Shown here: in pieces, positions 26,265 to 38,637 of the stretch
Layout: every line of letters starts with the position of its first letter
Numbering within the stretch: position 1 is the stretch's first letter
DNA from: Xylographa opegraphella
Taxonomy: Eukaryota
Length of the DNA: 61,168 nt
Direction: 5' to 3'
Assembly (NCBI GenBank): GCA_022813865.1
Contig: JALDZX010000059.1
Location: 62,001 to 123,168, forward strand
Position numbers and translations under genes: made by a program
The notes under the pieces: generated by a model
What the model saw: only the letters and a program-made list of their open reading frames with translations
Told to the model about the DNA's origin: nothing
Database searches by the model: none

Positions 26265-26762
26265 TTAAAAGGCCATGAACCAATGTGCTGCAGCTTCTTC
26301 TCCATCATTGATGATGCGCTGCGATAGATGATCCCAACAATCCTCTGCAAAACGAAGGCCCGAGGAGGTGACAAAGGCATATTTTTCACCAGGCAGCTCA
26401 ACATTTACGTGATAGCCTTTGCCTCCATTCTGCCTCAAGCCGGCGGCATAGTCGAAGTCATGGCGTATGGTGAAATTTTGCCAGCCACGGGTGTGGTGAT
26501 GGCGGATTCCTCTCATTCCAGTGAAGACATCCTGATTCACGGGAACTAATCGTCAGCATGGATGTGCTCGCAGAGCTTTGAATTGATTGAGGTACATAAC
26601 AAAAAGAAGATAGGTGTGTTCTACCCTTCCATTCCATTTGTGCTTATTGTTCGTAGTCCACCCTGTGAACTGCCAAGGAAGGTTGCCTCCGTTGGTGACC
26701 TTGTTGATGGCATCTGACAAGGCAGCAGTAGCGGGCGAACTATCAATAATGATTTCTGGCAT
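26265..26762 (-). CDS. Small orphan protein (~134 aa) with toxin-like RHDFD...KGYHVNVE motif, 2 exons
   Basis: Exon 1 from ATG 26762 (MPEIIIDSS...KWNGR). Intron 26624 (or 26600) to 26532 with GCTGAC branch point and CAG acceptor. Exon 2 DVFTGMRG...AAHWFMAF* is in frame. Donor site is non-consensus. Confidence 0.65.
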
Positions 26763-27539
26763 GTTCAATGATAACAATATTTCAGGAGAGGGAGTATGTC
26801 TGGAGGGTGCCTTTGAGCAGAAAGGTATGAGCCCTGAAATCCAATGCTCTCTCGTTGCCGGGGAAAATCTGGGACAGAAAGCAGCTCTTAAAGAGGATCG
26901 TACCCCGCAGACTCGGGCTGTGAAAGAGAAGGCTGAGATAAGGAGAGTCGAGTTGTCACGCAACGGCAGCCTTGTTGCATACAAGATCAAGGCGGCAAAT
27001 CACAACACAGCCTCGATAGATCTCAAGGCAAGCACGACAACGATTGGACATAGTATTAAGCTGCATAGGCTCGTAATAGGTACGTTCACGGATTGGCCAT
27101 AGACTATGGCTTGCTTAAATTGCTCGACAATTGTTTAAGGTTTCGATTGTAAAGATAGGCGGTGTTATGGATGTTTCAACAACAACTGATAATGATAAAA
27201 AAAAGATGAGTGCCGTCATATTGGACGAGACGATCGATGAGAGCTTCCAGAAAGTATCGGAACCCACAACCAAGAAACATAGAAGAGCAGTGTTTTCAAT
27301 CCGGATGTTGAGATAAATTGGGAGAGGTTAGAAAAATGCCTCGCCCAATCCAGGCATTGGATCAGCCAGTCTGCCAGTCAACCAATACAGACGTAGTTAG
27401 CCGCCTTTTCAGCCCCAGATGCTAAGTCTGTACTACGGAGGTAGATACTCTGGACCTCCGTCTCTGACCTCTCCATCCGCTCGAGACTGTAGAACGATGA
27501 TAGCTTTTATTGATCCACAGTCTTGCTAGGTATACCAAT

Positions 27540-28423
27540 ATGATAAAGACAGGTTTGGAAATCCGGCTAAATCACGCGCAAAACGCTGAGGATGACTGGA
27601 CCAAACAACATCATCAGGCACAACGGAAACGGTTACAGAATAGATTAATACAGAAGAAAAGGCGTGCGTGCCATTCTCAGGGTACGGTCTCCAGGCAGTA
27701 ACAGCTCGTAGGCGCTTTACTTCGGAATGCCAAATATAAGGATAGGATACAGGTTCTGTAACAAATCACGTATGAGCCCCGGGACGGCTGTATCATTTCA
27801 ACGGAGTCAGTCACTCTCTCTGGTCGTTCGCCTGAAGCATCGTAGGATGCTCTAAGCTCCGTTGCTTTGAATGTTCAGGTGCCCCTTGTGGCAATAGGTC
27901 TTTCGGAGCACCGAGTCTTGTGCCTCACGCAATGCTCCAATTTCTGTGCTCAAATATAACATATGAGCGTCGTAGACCTGGAACCCAGCTTGTTTACTGA
28001 TGACGAGAGTCTCTCCCCATGGACAACGTTCAATCCGTTGACCCCGAAGGATCCTGCTATCCTATCCTGTCCGCTTATGTCGACACTTTACAGTTGAACA
28101 CCTGGCACCATCCATACGTTGATCTGTTGCTCTCACCTTCTCTCCGTGACAATATTATTTCTGCCTTATGAGATGATGCTCAGGAAGAGCAATTATGTTA
28201 CGACCTGTACCTTATGGGCTTTACGATATGGGAAAGTCAGCCTTGGGATCCAATTGGTTGGGAAGTGTCCCAGGAGATTGTTGACAACTGGTCACGGTTG
28301 TTAGATCCCGGAATTATTCGATATTCCAATACCTGGAGGGCCGGGAGAGCTGATCTATCGTTAATATTATTCGGAAACAGTTGTGCTAACTCCGGGAATA
28401 AAATTGTATCCGGCACAATGTAA
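27540..28423 (+). pseudogene. bZIP-like / DUF3425 transcription factor pseudogene
   Basis: EDDWT...RKRLQNRLIQKKRR basic region and DUF3425-like HHPYVDLL.SPSLRDNII...QPWDPIGWEVS..SNTWR. In-frame stops at 27759, 27843, 27957 and 28169, plus a frameshift. Confidence 0.8.
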
Positions 28424-28936
28424 AGACAGAGTCCGTATATCTATAATTTCCTGAAACAGGCAACGATCTACAATTTACCACCATCATTTCTGACTTTCAG
28501 CATGCGAATTTCCTGAACATCGATCGCTATCTTCTGCCTATTTTCCTTTGTCCTTATTGTCGTTCGAGTTCATGATCAGCTGCCATAGTGCGTGATTTGC
28601 CATAGTTGGTGGCCCGCCATGCTGTTTGTCAGGTCTTGAACCTTAACAAGTTCTTTGCGTACTCGCACTATGATCTGCAACAAGTGAAAGGTGGATCGAT
28701 GACCTTACGGCAGTCAACAAGGGGTTACGCATGTTGTATATGGTGAAACAACAACCAGGCTCAATTGAGCTGGTGAAAAGTTGGCCAGATTTTTCACCAC
28801 GATACATTTTGTATGATCGCTTGGTGAGAAAAGTCTTTACATAACCACGACCACATCATCGCGGTACAGCATGCCATCATCTCTATGAGCCTCGTCGGAA
28901 TGTCTTATGTGTGGTACCTGGTTTACATATCATACA

Positions 28937-30449
28937 TCAGTCAGTATCCATTCGCCCGTCTTCCGCTTTCATCTCCTCCTCCACCCCCTTCTTCACCCCT
29001 TCCAAAAAGGCTTCCACCGCCTCGCCACCACCGAGCGGCACTCCACCCCTCGCCATAAAACCTCCGTTCTCGACTTTGATGTTCAGAGCCTCGCTCACAG
29101 TCGGCAAGCCCCCGTCCCGCAGTGCCATTGTCAGACTGCCTAAGCTCTGTGAGAACTGGGGCGAGCGCAAGACCTTCCGCAAAATATCCTTCTTTTGATC
29201 TATGGACAGCGCTTCGATGGCGGCGGCGGCGGTCTCGGGTGTCGGATCCACGGAAGAGATGTCGTCAGCTTCCTGGGCTAATAGTAGGAGAACTGGCGGT
29301 ATGTGCGTGAGTAGGGAGTCGATGTATTCTCGTGAGGCAGTGTCGAGGACTTGAAGGGTTGACGACGGGGAAAGCAGGTCTGAGAGGGTAGTAAACGGTT
29401 TGCCTTGTGGTGATTGTTGCGCACCAGTGGAGAGGGAGTGGTTGCCTTGTAGTGAGCGGAGGAAGTTCTGGACGGCGACTTCGGCATCTGTTTGCGAGGG
29501 AGCGGCTCTAAACAACGCGGCAAATCAGCACATATTCTTCGGAAACGTGGCTTCTGTGATGATATATTAAGCTTGCGAAAGCCTTTCCAGCCATACATAG
29601 CATTGACGACTAATCATACAGGTGGATGGCTAGAAACAATCTGCGCCATCGAAATGCTCGAAATTATAGCTTTTCGCTATGATGCCCGTGTCCCCATAGC
29701 CTGGAAGGGCTCTCCCATTCGAACGCCTCATTGCATCCAAGATGAATAGAAAGTAAGCACCTACGCTCTTCCCCCATCAGCACCCCCTTCTCTCGCCTCT
29801 TCTCCCTCTTCCCTGTAATCGCCACCGGTCGCGTCAGCTCCAGCCCCTCCACTCATTGCATGCTGCAGGTCCGCTCCAAAGCCAGGCCCATCGGCATCTT
29901 CCATGGTCGCATCACCGTCCCCACCGTCTCCTCGATCTGCCGGTATGTTCGTAATCTCTTCCTGGACATTGACGTCTTCGCCTTGCAACAACTTATCAAC
30001 GATCTGCCCAATCTTTAGATCCCGTGGACTGAACCAGCTCGGATCGCCGGATGCGTGCTGGCTTTTGGACTGCAACCAGAATAGGTAGCGCGATGAGCTG
30101 GAGGAGAATTTGAGAACGTATATACGGCCGTTGGTGGGGGATTTGGAATCGGTTGACGAAGCCGAGGGATGCTGGTAGGGCTTGAAGCTACCATCGCCAG
30201 GAAACATTATGAGCTCGAGAGTAGGTTGGCTGGCGGGGACGGAGCGCGGACGCCAGCAGAAGTGATGAAGGTCATCTTCTTTGTAGATGTAGACGTAGCC
30301 GGGTGTAGGTTTAGGAGAGACCTTGAAGGGCGTGGATGACTCCTGTTGAAGGTAAGTTTTGGATGAAGGGCATCTGGTAAGAAAGCGAAGGACTATACGT
30401 CTAGTTCACAAGCACCAGCCATGAACGTTATAATAGGATTGTTCGACAT
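28937..30449 (-). CDS. RPN13: Proteasome ubiquitin receptor Rpn13/ADRM1 (Pru plus UCH37-binding domain), 3 exons
   Basis: IITFMAGACELD, PGYVYIY...HFCWRPR, TNGRIYVLKFSSSSSRYLFWLQS, VLRSPQFSQSLGSLTMALRDGGL. Intron 2 = 29508-29764. Confidence 0.94.
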
Positions 30450-30715
30450 TTTGAACGGTATTCCACACTTTCTGAGTGCGTTCGGATGTGATCAAAATGT
30501 GCTTGAAAAGAGGTACCTGAGCTACCTAGACTACCTCAGCATTAAGCTGCGGGACGGTATAGGGCTGAAAGCATTCATTTCGAGCTAGCGCCACGGCACT
30601 AGGGTAACGAAGCGAGCACCCACAAATCGCAAGGCGATCAACCTCAACAGCATCACCGACCAAACCACCCCTTACACTCTTCCCATACAGCCACGCTTCC
30701 GACCTGATCTTCGTC

Positions 30716-31594
30716 ATGTCGGCAAAGCATGCATCAGAGACGCCTGCCGGCAAGACGAAAAAGTTTGGGAAGGGCGAGAGACAGATACCTCATCACTCAC
30801 AGAAGGCCAAGAAGTACTATCCTGCGGAAGACGAGGTGAAACCGAAGAAGGTACGTATTGCAACGGAATCCAGACGCTATCAATTGTTCTCTTTACCTTC
30901 CGGATGTCGAATGGCCAGCTTCTACCGCTTGTCTTTGATAAAAGCCGGACCACGATCATTTCTCGAGAGCGCAATGGTGGATCTTCGGACATAACATCGA
31001 CCATCATATGCTAATTCACATAACCCTCGCAGGTTCGCAAAACAATCCATCCCGCAAAACCCCGTGCCACACTCCAACCAGGCACCATCCTCATCCTCCT
31101 CGCTGGCCGCTTTCGTGGCAAGCGTGTCGTTCTTCTTAAACACCTACCGCAAGGTATCCTCCTCGTCACAGGCCCTTTCAAGGTCAACGGTGTACCGCTC
31201 CGAAGAGTGAATGCTAGATATGTGATTGCAACATCAGCGAAGGTTGAACTCAAGGGAATTGATTCGAAAACGGTCGAGAAGGTTGGCGGAGAGGGATACT
31301 TTGCGCGAGAGAAGAAAGAGGAGAAGAAGGGAGAGGAGGCCTTCTTCAAGCAGGGGGAGAAGCCGGAGGTTTGATGCTCCCATCATCGTGTTCGTCAAGA
31401 CATCGAAAGGCCATGAATACTGATCGTTGGTGCCTTTGTAGAAGAAACCCGTTGCAAGCGCACGCGCTAGCGACCAGAAAGCCGTGGACAAGGCCCTTTT
31501 GTCCAACATCAAAAGCGAGCCGCACTTGCTCGAATATCTGCGAAGTTCTTTCAGCCTACGCAAGGGCGATAGGCCCCACGAGATGAAGTGGTAG
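30716..31594 (+). CDS. RPL6: 60S ribosomal protein L6 (eL6), 3 exons
   Basis: [71 protein letters not shown]. Introns 30851-31032 and 31369-31441. Confidence 0.97.
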
Positions 31595-31997
31595 GCGAGG
31601 CAGTGATCGATGGATATGTGAAATAGAGATCAGCTAGGGAGCTGTTGTTGCATGATTTGCAAAGTCATGCTTGCATGAATGAGTGTGGGAGGGGACGTTT
31701 GTATCAAGCCTCTTCGATAATGACGCGATACTACATTCAATCACATCCAAAGCTACTCCGGTACCGTATCAAGAGCGTCGTCAATGGTCAATTGCACAAT
31801 CGCATTTGGAACAAATTGCTAGGGTGGGGGTCTCGAACACGTACTATGCACATAAAGAAGAATCTTTGTATCCAATTGGGAACATGCTTCCCTATCCAAG
31901 CTACGCATCGTCCACTTCAAACCTATACATCCTTACCTGAAGCTCTACATCGACGCAAAGAATGAATCTGGTCGTGAACCCAAATCCACTAACAACC

Positions 31998-33126
31998 CTA
32001 CTTTTTCTTCTTCCCGGCCATCGCTTTCCCCTTGCCTCTCACCTTCTCTCCCACACCCCTTTTCTCCCCCTCCTCCACGACATCGCCCACGACATCACTT
32101 CCCACACTCGTGCCCATGCACAGATCCGCCAGCCCCCAGCAACTATAATTCCCCACGCCCCCACCCATGAGATGCCTCTCCTGCCGTCTTGCGATTCCAC
32201 CCAAGATGAACCCGCTGGGCAAGATATTATATCCGCTGTACGCGAAGGTCTCTTCCAGTGATACCAGCGCCAGATACATCTGATAGGTGAGGAGGTGGAA
32301 CCGGAAGAAGAGGGCGGGCAGGTAGGTGGGCAGGAAGCTGTGGACGAGGTAGGCGAGAGGGTGGTCGTAGGCGGCGGTGATGGCGTTTGGTGCCGGGATG
32401 GAATGGTACCAGGTCGCGTGAAGCGGGGTAAGGGGAGAAGAAGGAGAGTGGAGTGCATAGCGGTGCAGGGTGTGGGTGAGGATCTGAGCAGGACGTGGTC
32501 AGCACTACGTCCACAAGCTTTTATGGGAATGTCGGAAAGCGCCGCACTTCACGCAAGAGCAGTCCCCTGACGAGGTCTTTCACAATGCCCCACGGCATTG
32601 GCAGCGTGCTGGTGATCTTCAATGCGCTCCTGATGTGCAGCACGTCCGTGAAGAGGTATTCGACCGCTGTTTGCAGCACCGCACTGAGGAGCACATTGCC
32701 GGTGCTAACCAGCGCGACTTTCCACCATATGCATTTCCTGCCACCTTGCTCCTCACTGAGCGGAAGCGCGACCTCGCCATGCTCTTTGATCTTGACAGCG
32801 ACGCCTGGGACGGCGCTGTCGAAGAGCAAGAAGCCGAGAGAGGGCAGGAGGTAGAAGACTAGTCGTGTCCCGAAAGTGCCCCAGAACTCCACTTTAGGGG
32901 ATGGGTGGGCGAGGATGAGGGTCGACCAGGTGATGTAAAAGAACAGAACGTTGAACGAGGTGGACCAGGAGGCATAGGTGGGCAGGAGGAAGACGGAGAG
33001 TGCGGGAATGGCGGTGGGGATGGATGTTATCGCCTTGACGGACCCGCGAGCAACATTGTAAGGTGTTTGAACGAGCTGCCACGCGCTATCGAGGAGAGAT
33101 GGCGGAGAGCTCTTGAGAAGATCCAT
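31998..33126 (-). CDS. Sterol desaturase / fatty-acid hydroxylase superfamily protein with divergent His boxes, 2 exons
   Basis: WSTSFNVLFFYITWSTLILAH, TLPMPW, HRYALH, AAYDHPLAY, EETFAYSGY, GNYSCWGLADLCMGT. Confidence 0.88.
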
Positions 33127-34049
33127 GGCGCCGAGGACTCTGTTCGAGATGCAAATAGACCGCCGAGTCGAGCGCGGGAAGCTGCCAAGGCTCAGCCATA
33201 ATGAGACACTCGCGTAAAGTTGCCGCTTTGAGGGGTCGCATCAAGGGCAGGGGCTCATAGACGAGGAGGAGAGCGAGTACGGAGTACCTCTTCAGCATCA
33301 TGTAAATTTCGCAGCAATGATTGATATTGTCTTGTATGGGTAAGCTTTCCATCGTCGTTTCCTTATATTCCCCAAGCATTCTTTGCCCACGTGGGTGACG
33401 TCTGACACCTGCGTGCTCCTGCGAGGGATGTAGTCCTAATGGTCAACAGTCCATTATGGACTTCGGAGAGTTATCTCCGACATCGGTCATGTCGGTTCGG
33501 TTGATAAGTGGTCATGAATACTGTTCTCTTCAATCTCATCCATAAGCCCTGAAATAACGTTGTGGCTCATCGAATGGAGATCTGGCGGTCGCCATCGAGA
33601 GAGATTGAACTACTGTACCGAGTTAAGTTAGCGTGAATCGCTTGCTGACAATCTCAACTTTGGTGTGGAGGCGGCCGCTAAGCACGAAAGCGTCCTAGAG
33701 CGCCTGGAACGGCTTCAGCAATTAATTACTGACTTTTAAGCTTACTCCCCGTAGGTGCAAAAGAGGAGCAGGGTTGGAGCGTCTCAGTGTCGTGCTACTT
33801 TATTATTGTGCATGAGTCCTTACCATTACCACTTCACTGCGACCACACCTTTCTTCCTTGTCCGATCTGCTCTCCGGACGCTCTACCCAATCGTTGCTTG
33901 AACAGTCGTCCAGCTGCTCCGTCCTTGCCAGAGCCGCCAGTTACATGGCTACGGCCATATCCTTGCAGATGATCATGCATTGACCCTTTTTTGGAAACGG
34001 CTCCGCGTCCTTTCCGATACTGCAGGCCGTTGAGAAACCGCCCCTGGGT

Positions 34050-36866
34050 ATGATGGACACCATCGATAAGCAGACTCCTGATCGCGTTTACCTCCCACCA
34101 CGGATGCCACCTCTACGAGATCGTCACCTCTATCCTCAAGCTCATGTGCTTGCCTCCACAACCAATCGCGGAGCCTCTAACCGCGTGAGGATCCAACCCG
34201 CATCGCCCGAAGTCATTTCCTCGCTCATTTCCTCCCTCTCTGCTATCTCTAGTCCGGTGCAGGAACACTTCGAGCGACAGTCCCAAATCTGCCTTGTGGA
34301 CGCCCCTATACCCACGATGAAGACAGCAGGTGGGTCTGTTGCGGATGATGGGATTGGGTCCACCGAGGCTGGAACTGGATTTGGTATGGACTACGGCGCA
34401 TACAATCAGCCTGCGGGGCATGAGAATCGGGGCCAATTATATCCAGACGATGCCGCAATACCTCCTGTCATTCGTACTTCGAAGCCTCCATCAGGTCTCT
34501 CGCCAATCACAGCGTCAAAGCGAAACCCATTAGCGTCGAGCAATAGTCCTGGGTGGATGGAAGCACAAACGAATACATATCCTGTGCCTGAGATTCCAAG
34601 AAGTATCGGGAGCCCGAGCATTAAACCCGGTCCAAGAGCTTCTTCCACCAGTCTTAGATCTTTTGGAAGTGAAACCAAATCTGCTCTGACGGGACAGAGA
34701 AGCTTGAATTTCAAGGACTCGAAGGGAAAGATGCGGGAGATTGACCGAGAACGAAAGAAGAGACCAGTTGCAAGGATTGCTGGATCAGAAAAGGCTTCCG
34801 TACGCCATTCTCGAAATACCAGTCTAGAGTACGCCGACAAAGCTGGTCCAAGTAGAACTCCCTCTAAGGTGGTCGAAGATCTATGCTCTCCTTTGGTTCC
34901 CCAAAAAGCAACATCAATACATTTCAACAAGGAAGGAGACTCGCACACAGCCACAACTGATAACGATTTTGGAGGCATGGGAGCACGGTTGATAATACCC
35001 AAACGAGACTCGTCCATGCGACATAGTACGGGACCTTCAAATGCACGTCAGAAGCGAACGTCACATCAATCCGATCACACCCGACGAAGCGAAGGCCTAA
35101 CATTCGAAGACCGAGTGACAAGCATGCGAGTTGTGGAGAAAGTCTCGGATGACCCTGAAGAAGACGAGGTCGCTAAAAGAATTAAAGAATTGAAAGCTCA
35201 AAAAGAAATAAGAGACCGGGAAAATGAAAAGCACGACGTATCTCAACGCCGAGAGTCTAGCTTAACCCCGTCCACCGAGCGCTATCCTTTTCCATCAACA
35301 CAGCCTGCCGCAGATTCATCAGATCTCCAACCAATAGAAGCCGAGGAAACGCGGCGCGCTCGATTACTCAAGGAACAGCAACTTCCACTAAGATCCTTAA
35401 GTGTGAACGCTCCGCGACGTTCAACATCCGGACAGCGACGATCTATTTCTGCAAAGAGACTTTCAAAAAGGTTATCCTCTGATTCTACTCGCAAATTTGA
35501 GTCCCAGTACAACGCTCAAGTCAATTCACTTTCACCTCTTTACAGCCCGACTAGACAAACGAGTCCGACCTCATTGGAGATCAACCGAGGGACGTATCTC
35601 AACCCTATATCACAAGGAACGAAAAATGCACAGCATGATGGCAGACCTTCGACATCGGACTCAATTGACGAGGAGGTTGAGAACTATTTATCCCTTGCAC
35701 GACTTTCACAGAAGATTCACCACCCACAAACCGGCCGTATCATCTCGTTCTCGGACGTGGGCGACCCTGAGGGGTATGTGGTTATTTGCTGTGTCGGCAT
35801 GGGTTTGACAAGATATTTGAGCGCATTCTACGACGAGCTGGCCATGAGTCTAAAGCTTCGCTTAGTCACCCTTGATCGACCTGGGGTTGGTGAAAGCGAA
35901 CCTTATGCGGACGGCACCGATACACCTCTTGGTTGGCCAGGTAAGCTGTCTGAATTTGTGATAGAGTTATGTGTCTGATTCACTAGAGCAGATGATGTCC
36001 GAGCTGTATGCCAACACCTCAAAATCTCCAGATTCTCCATTCTTGCACATTCTGCAGGTGTCATATACGCTCTGGCCACTGCTCTGCGCATGCCCCAGCA
36101 TATTCGTGGACGGCTACACCTCTTAGCTCCATGGATACCACCTTCTCAGTTGACTACCATAGGCAACCATCAAGAACCTGTTCCCGTCACCGCTCTCCCT
36201 TACTCCCAACGTCTGCTAAGATCGCTACCAACACCGTTCCTCAAAGCAGCGAACTCGAATTTCTTCAGTGCCACTAGCACTAGTATCACGACGAGTCTGC
36301 CCAAATCTCCACGGAGAACGAAGCGAAAAAGCTTGACGCAAGATGCAATGGCTGCATTAAGTGATTCTGCTCCCATCACTACCATCACCAACCCGAATGG
36401 TATGGAAGGGGGTACGTCTCTCGACATGAATGAAGATGATCAAATTCACGGTCGGCAACTGGACTTTATGAACATCAAACCAGGCAACAAGGAACGCCAG
36501 ACTGAGTATGACACCCGTTTGACACATGCGATTTGGGAGCTTGCCACGGCGAACGCTAATCCAGCCGTCGATCTGCTGGTGTGCCTCGAACGCCGGCAAG
36601 AAATTGGGTTTCGTTACGTAGACATCACCAAAGCTGTGGTAATCCACCATGGTAGCCGGGACTCTCGGGTACCGGTGGAAAACGTCAAGTGGCTGGGCAA
36701 GACGATGCGTCGATGCGAGGTCAGAGTGCTAGATGGTGAAGGACATGGACTAATGGCCTCTGCTGCCGTGATGGGCAGCGTGCTGACGGAAATTTCGAAA
36801 GAGTGGGAGGATTGGAACCTAGTAGTCAAGGGCAAGAGACAGGAGAAGGGGAGAGTGGCGTTGTGA
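34050..36866 (+). CDS. Alpha/beta hydrolase with long disordered N-terminus, 2 exons
   Basis: HPQTGRIISFSDVGDPEG, LDRPGVGES, AHSAG nucleophile elbow, HHGSRDSRVP, GEGHGLMA. Intron ~35941-35990. Confidence 0.9.
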
Positions 36867-37789
36867 ATACGGCGAAGGGGGTGGTACGAATGGCGCTCGG
36901 AATTGTACTCTAAGGGATATTACGCAAGGTTATGGATGGGTTCTGATATACCCCTGATTTGGACTGCTGGGCTGGTTTTGGCAAGAAAGTGATCTATGGA
37001 AGCTTCAGTATGGCAGGTCGCTGCGGGACTCGCATGTGTGTGGAGGCACGGGTACATATAATTGCTAATATATAATCCATCCTGAGATTGTGCTATCTAG
37101 ATGAACGAGTGATGAAGTCTTGGGCCAGCCTTCCAGACAGATAAAGCAAACAGATATTTGGGGAGTTAGTTGATATGCCCCACGGAGGACCATGGATTAC
37201 TCGATCGACTGCAGCATTCGTCAAATTTTCTGGCAAGTCGATCCAGGAGTAAATATGGAATACCTTCACTTGTAAAGGCTGGTTGAAATGCAGGGCAGTT
37301 GTTAAGTTCGGTTCGGGGACTCTGGTCCGCAATTCCGCCGAGTCGTTTCGTTTTCTCGGGACAGGTCATGATGGAGGGGGGAACTGGAATAGCTCCGCAG
37401 TCAGTGTCGCGACCGAGCATTCCACCTCCCTCGTTTCTTTCCACGTATGGTGGATCTGCTTCTCATCGCTCGTTACTCCATGAGGATTGTTTGATTCGCT
37501 TCGTCAAGCATACGTTTTGCGGCGAAGACGCTTCGATATTCCCGACACAACCCTTCATGCCGCTCAGCTAGTGGTGCTGCTCTCTTTGATCGTGGGATCG
37601 CGTACAGATCAGAATAGATCCTGAAGACTCGGTTCACGGAGCTTTGCGCAAGCGGGCCCAGTACCCAGAGAAGAGAGACAGGGTACCGCATACCTGGCGT
37701 GCTGCCAGGTCGTCTTTAGTTCGAAGGTTAGAGCCATACGAACAGCTATCCACATCTTGCTGGTGCGCGTTACACACAAGCTTCCTAGA

Positions 37790-38637
37790 ATGCCGTCTAC
37801 GCGGAGGGTCAAGGTCCTCGGCCTGATTCTCGCTCTCGTGGTGGTCTCCCTTCTTTACATGACCGTATGGCCCCACGTCTCCGAAATTCCGTCCAGTCCT
37901 TCTGACCAGGAACAGAGCCATGCGCGCCAGTCCAACCAGGACTTTTACGACCGCACTGTAGCAGCTTTGGAAGCCAAAGCGAAGGCGAAACTCGATGTCG
38001 AAACGGATCAGGACATCAGCCGAAGACTCAAGGAAGCGACCACCGCCCAGGCGAGCGCGGACCTGCCAGCGCAGAGAGTCCCGCCGGAGGTGGTACTGAG
38101 CGACAATCATGTGGAGGGCCGACCGAAGATGAAGGGTGGTGAGAAATGGGATGTATCGTCCGGGAAAGAGTCGGCGCTCGGGGAGAAAGAAGAAGAGAAG
38201 GTGAAGACGGAGGAGGAGAAGGATGTGGAGCTGGAGTTGAACTCGATATTGAAGCGGAGTCCGAGTACGTGGTTCACCTTCTGTTTCTGAATGCAGGACG
38301 AGGTGGTCGCTAACGTTTCACGCACCGTCCAGTCATCATATTCTCCAAGTCCTACTGCCCTTTCTCGCGCAAGGCGAAAATCGTCCTTTTAGAAAAATAT
38401 GTGATCGTCCCCGCGCCGTTCGTGGTCGAGCTGGACAAGCATCCAATGGGTCCGCAACTACAAGACACTTTGACTAGGATGACCGGGCGGAGGACAGTAC
38501 CGAACGTGCTGATTAGTGGGAAGAGTATAGGCGGCGGAGACGACGTCGAGCTACTCGACAGCCAGCACGAGCTCATCAACAAAGTTAAGAGCATGGGCGG
38601 CAAGCGGATCACGGAGGCGAAGCTGCGAGATACATGA
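37790..38637 (+). CDS. Membrane-anchored monothiol glutaredoxin (Grx6/7-like), 3 exons
   Basis: N-terminal signal anchor, IIFSKSYCPFS active site, TGRRTVPNVLISGKSIGGGDD. Confidence 0.92.
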
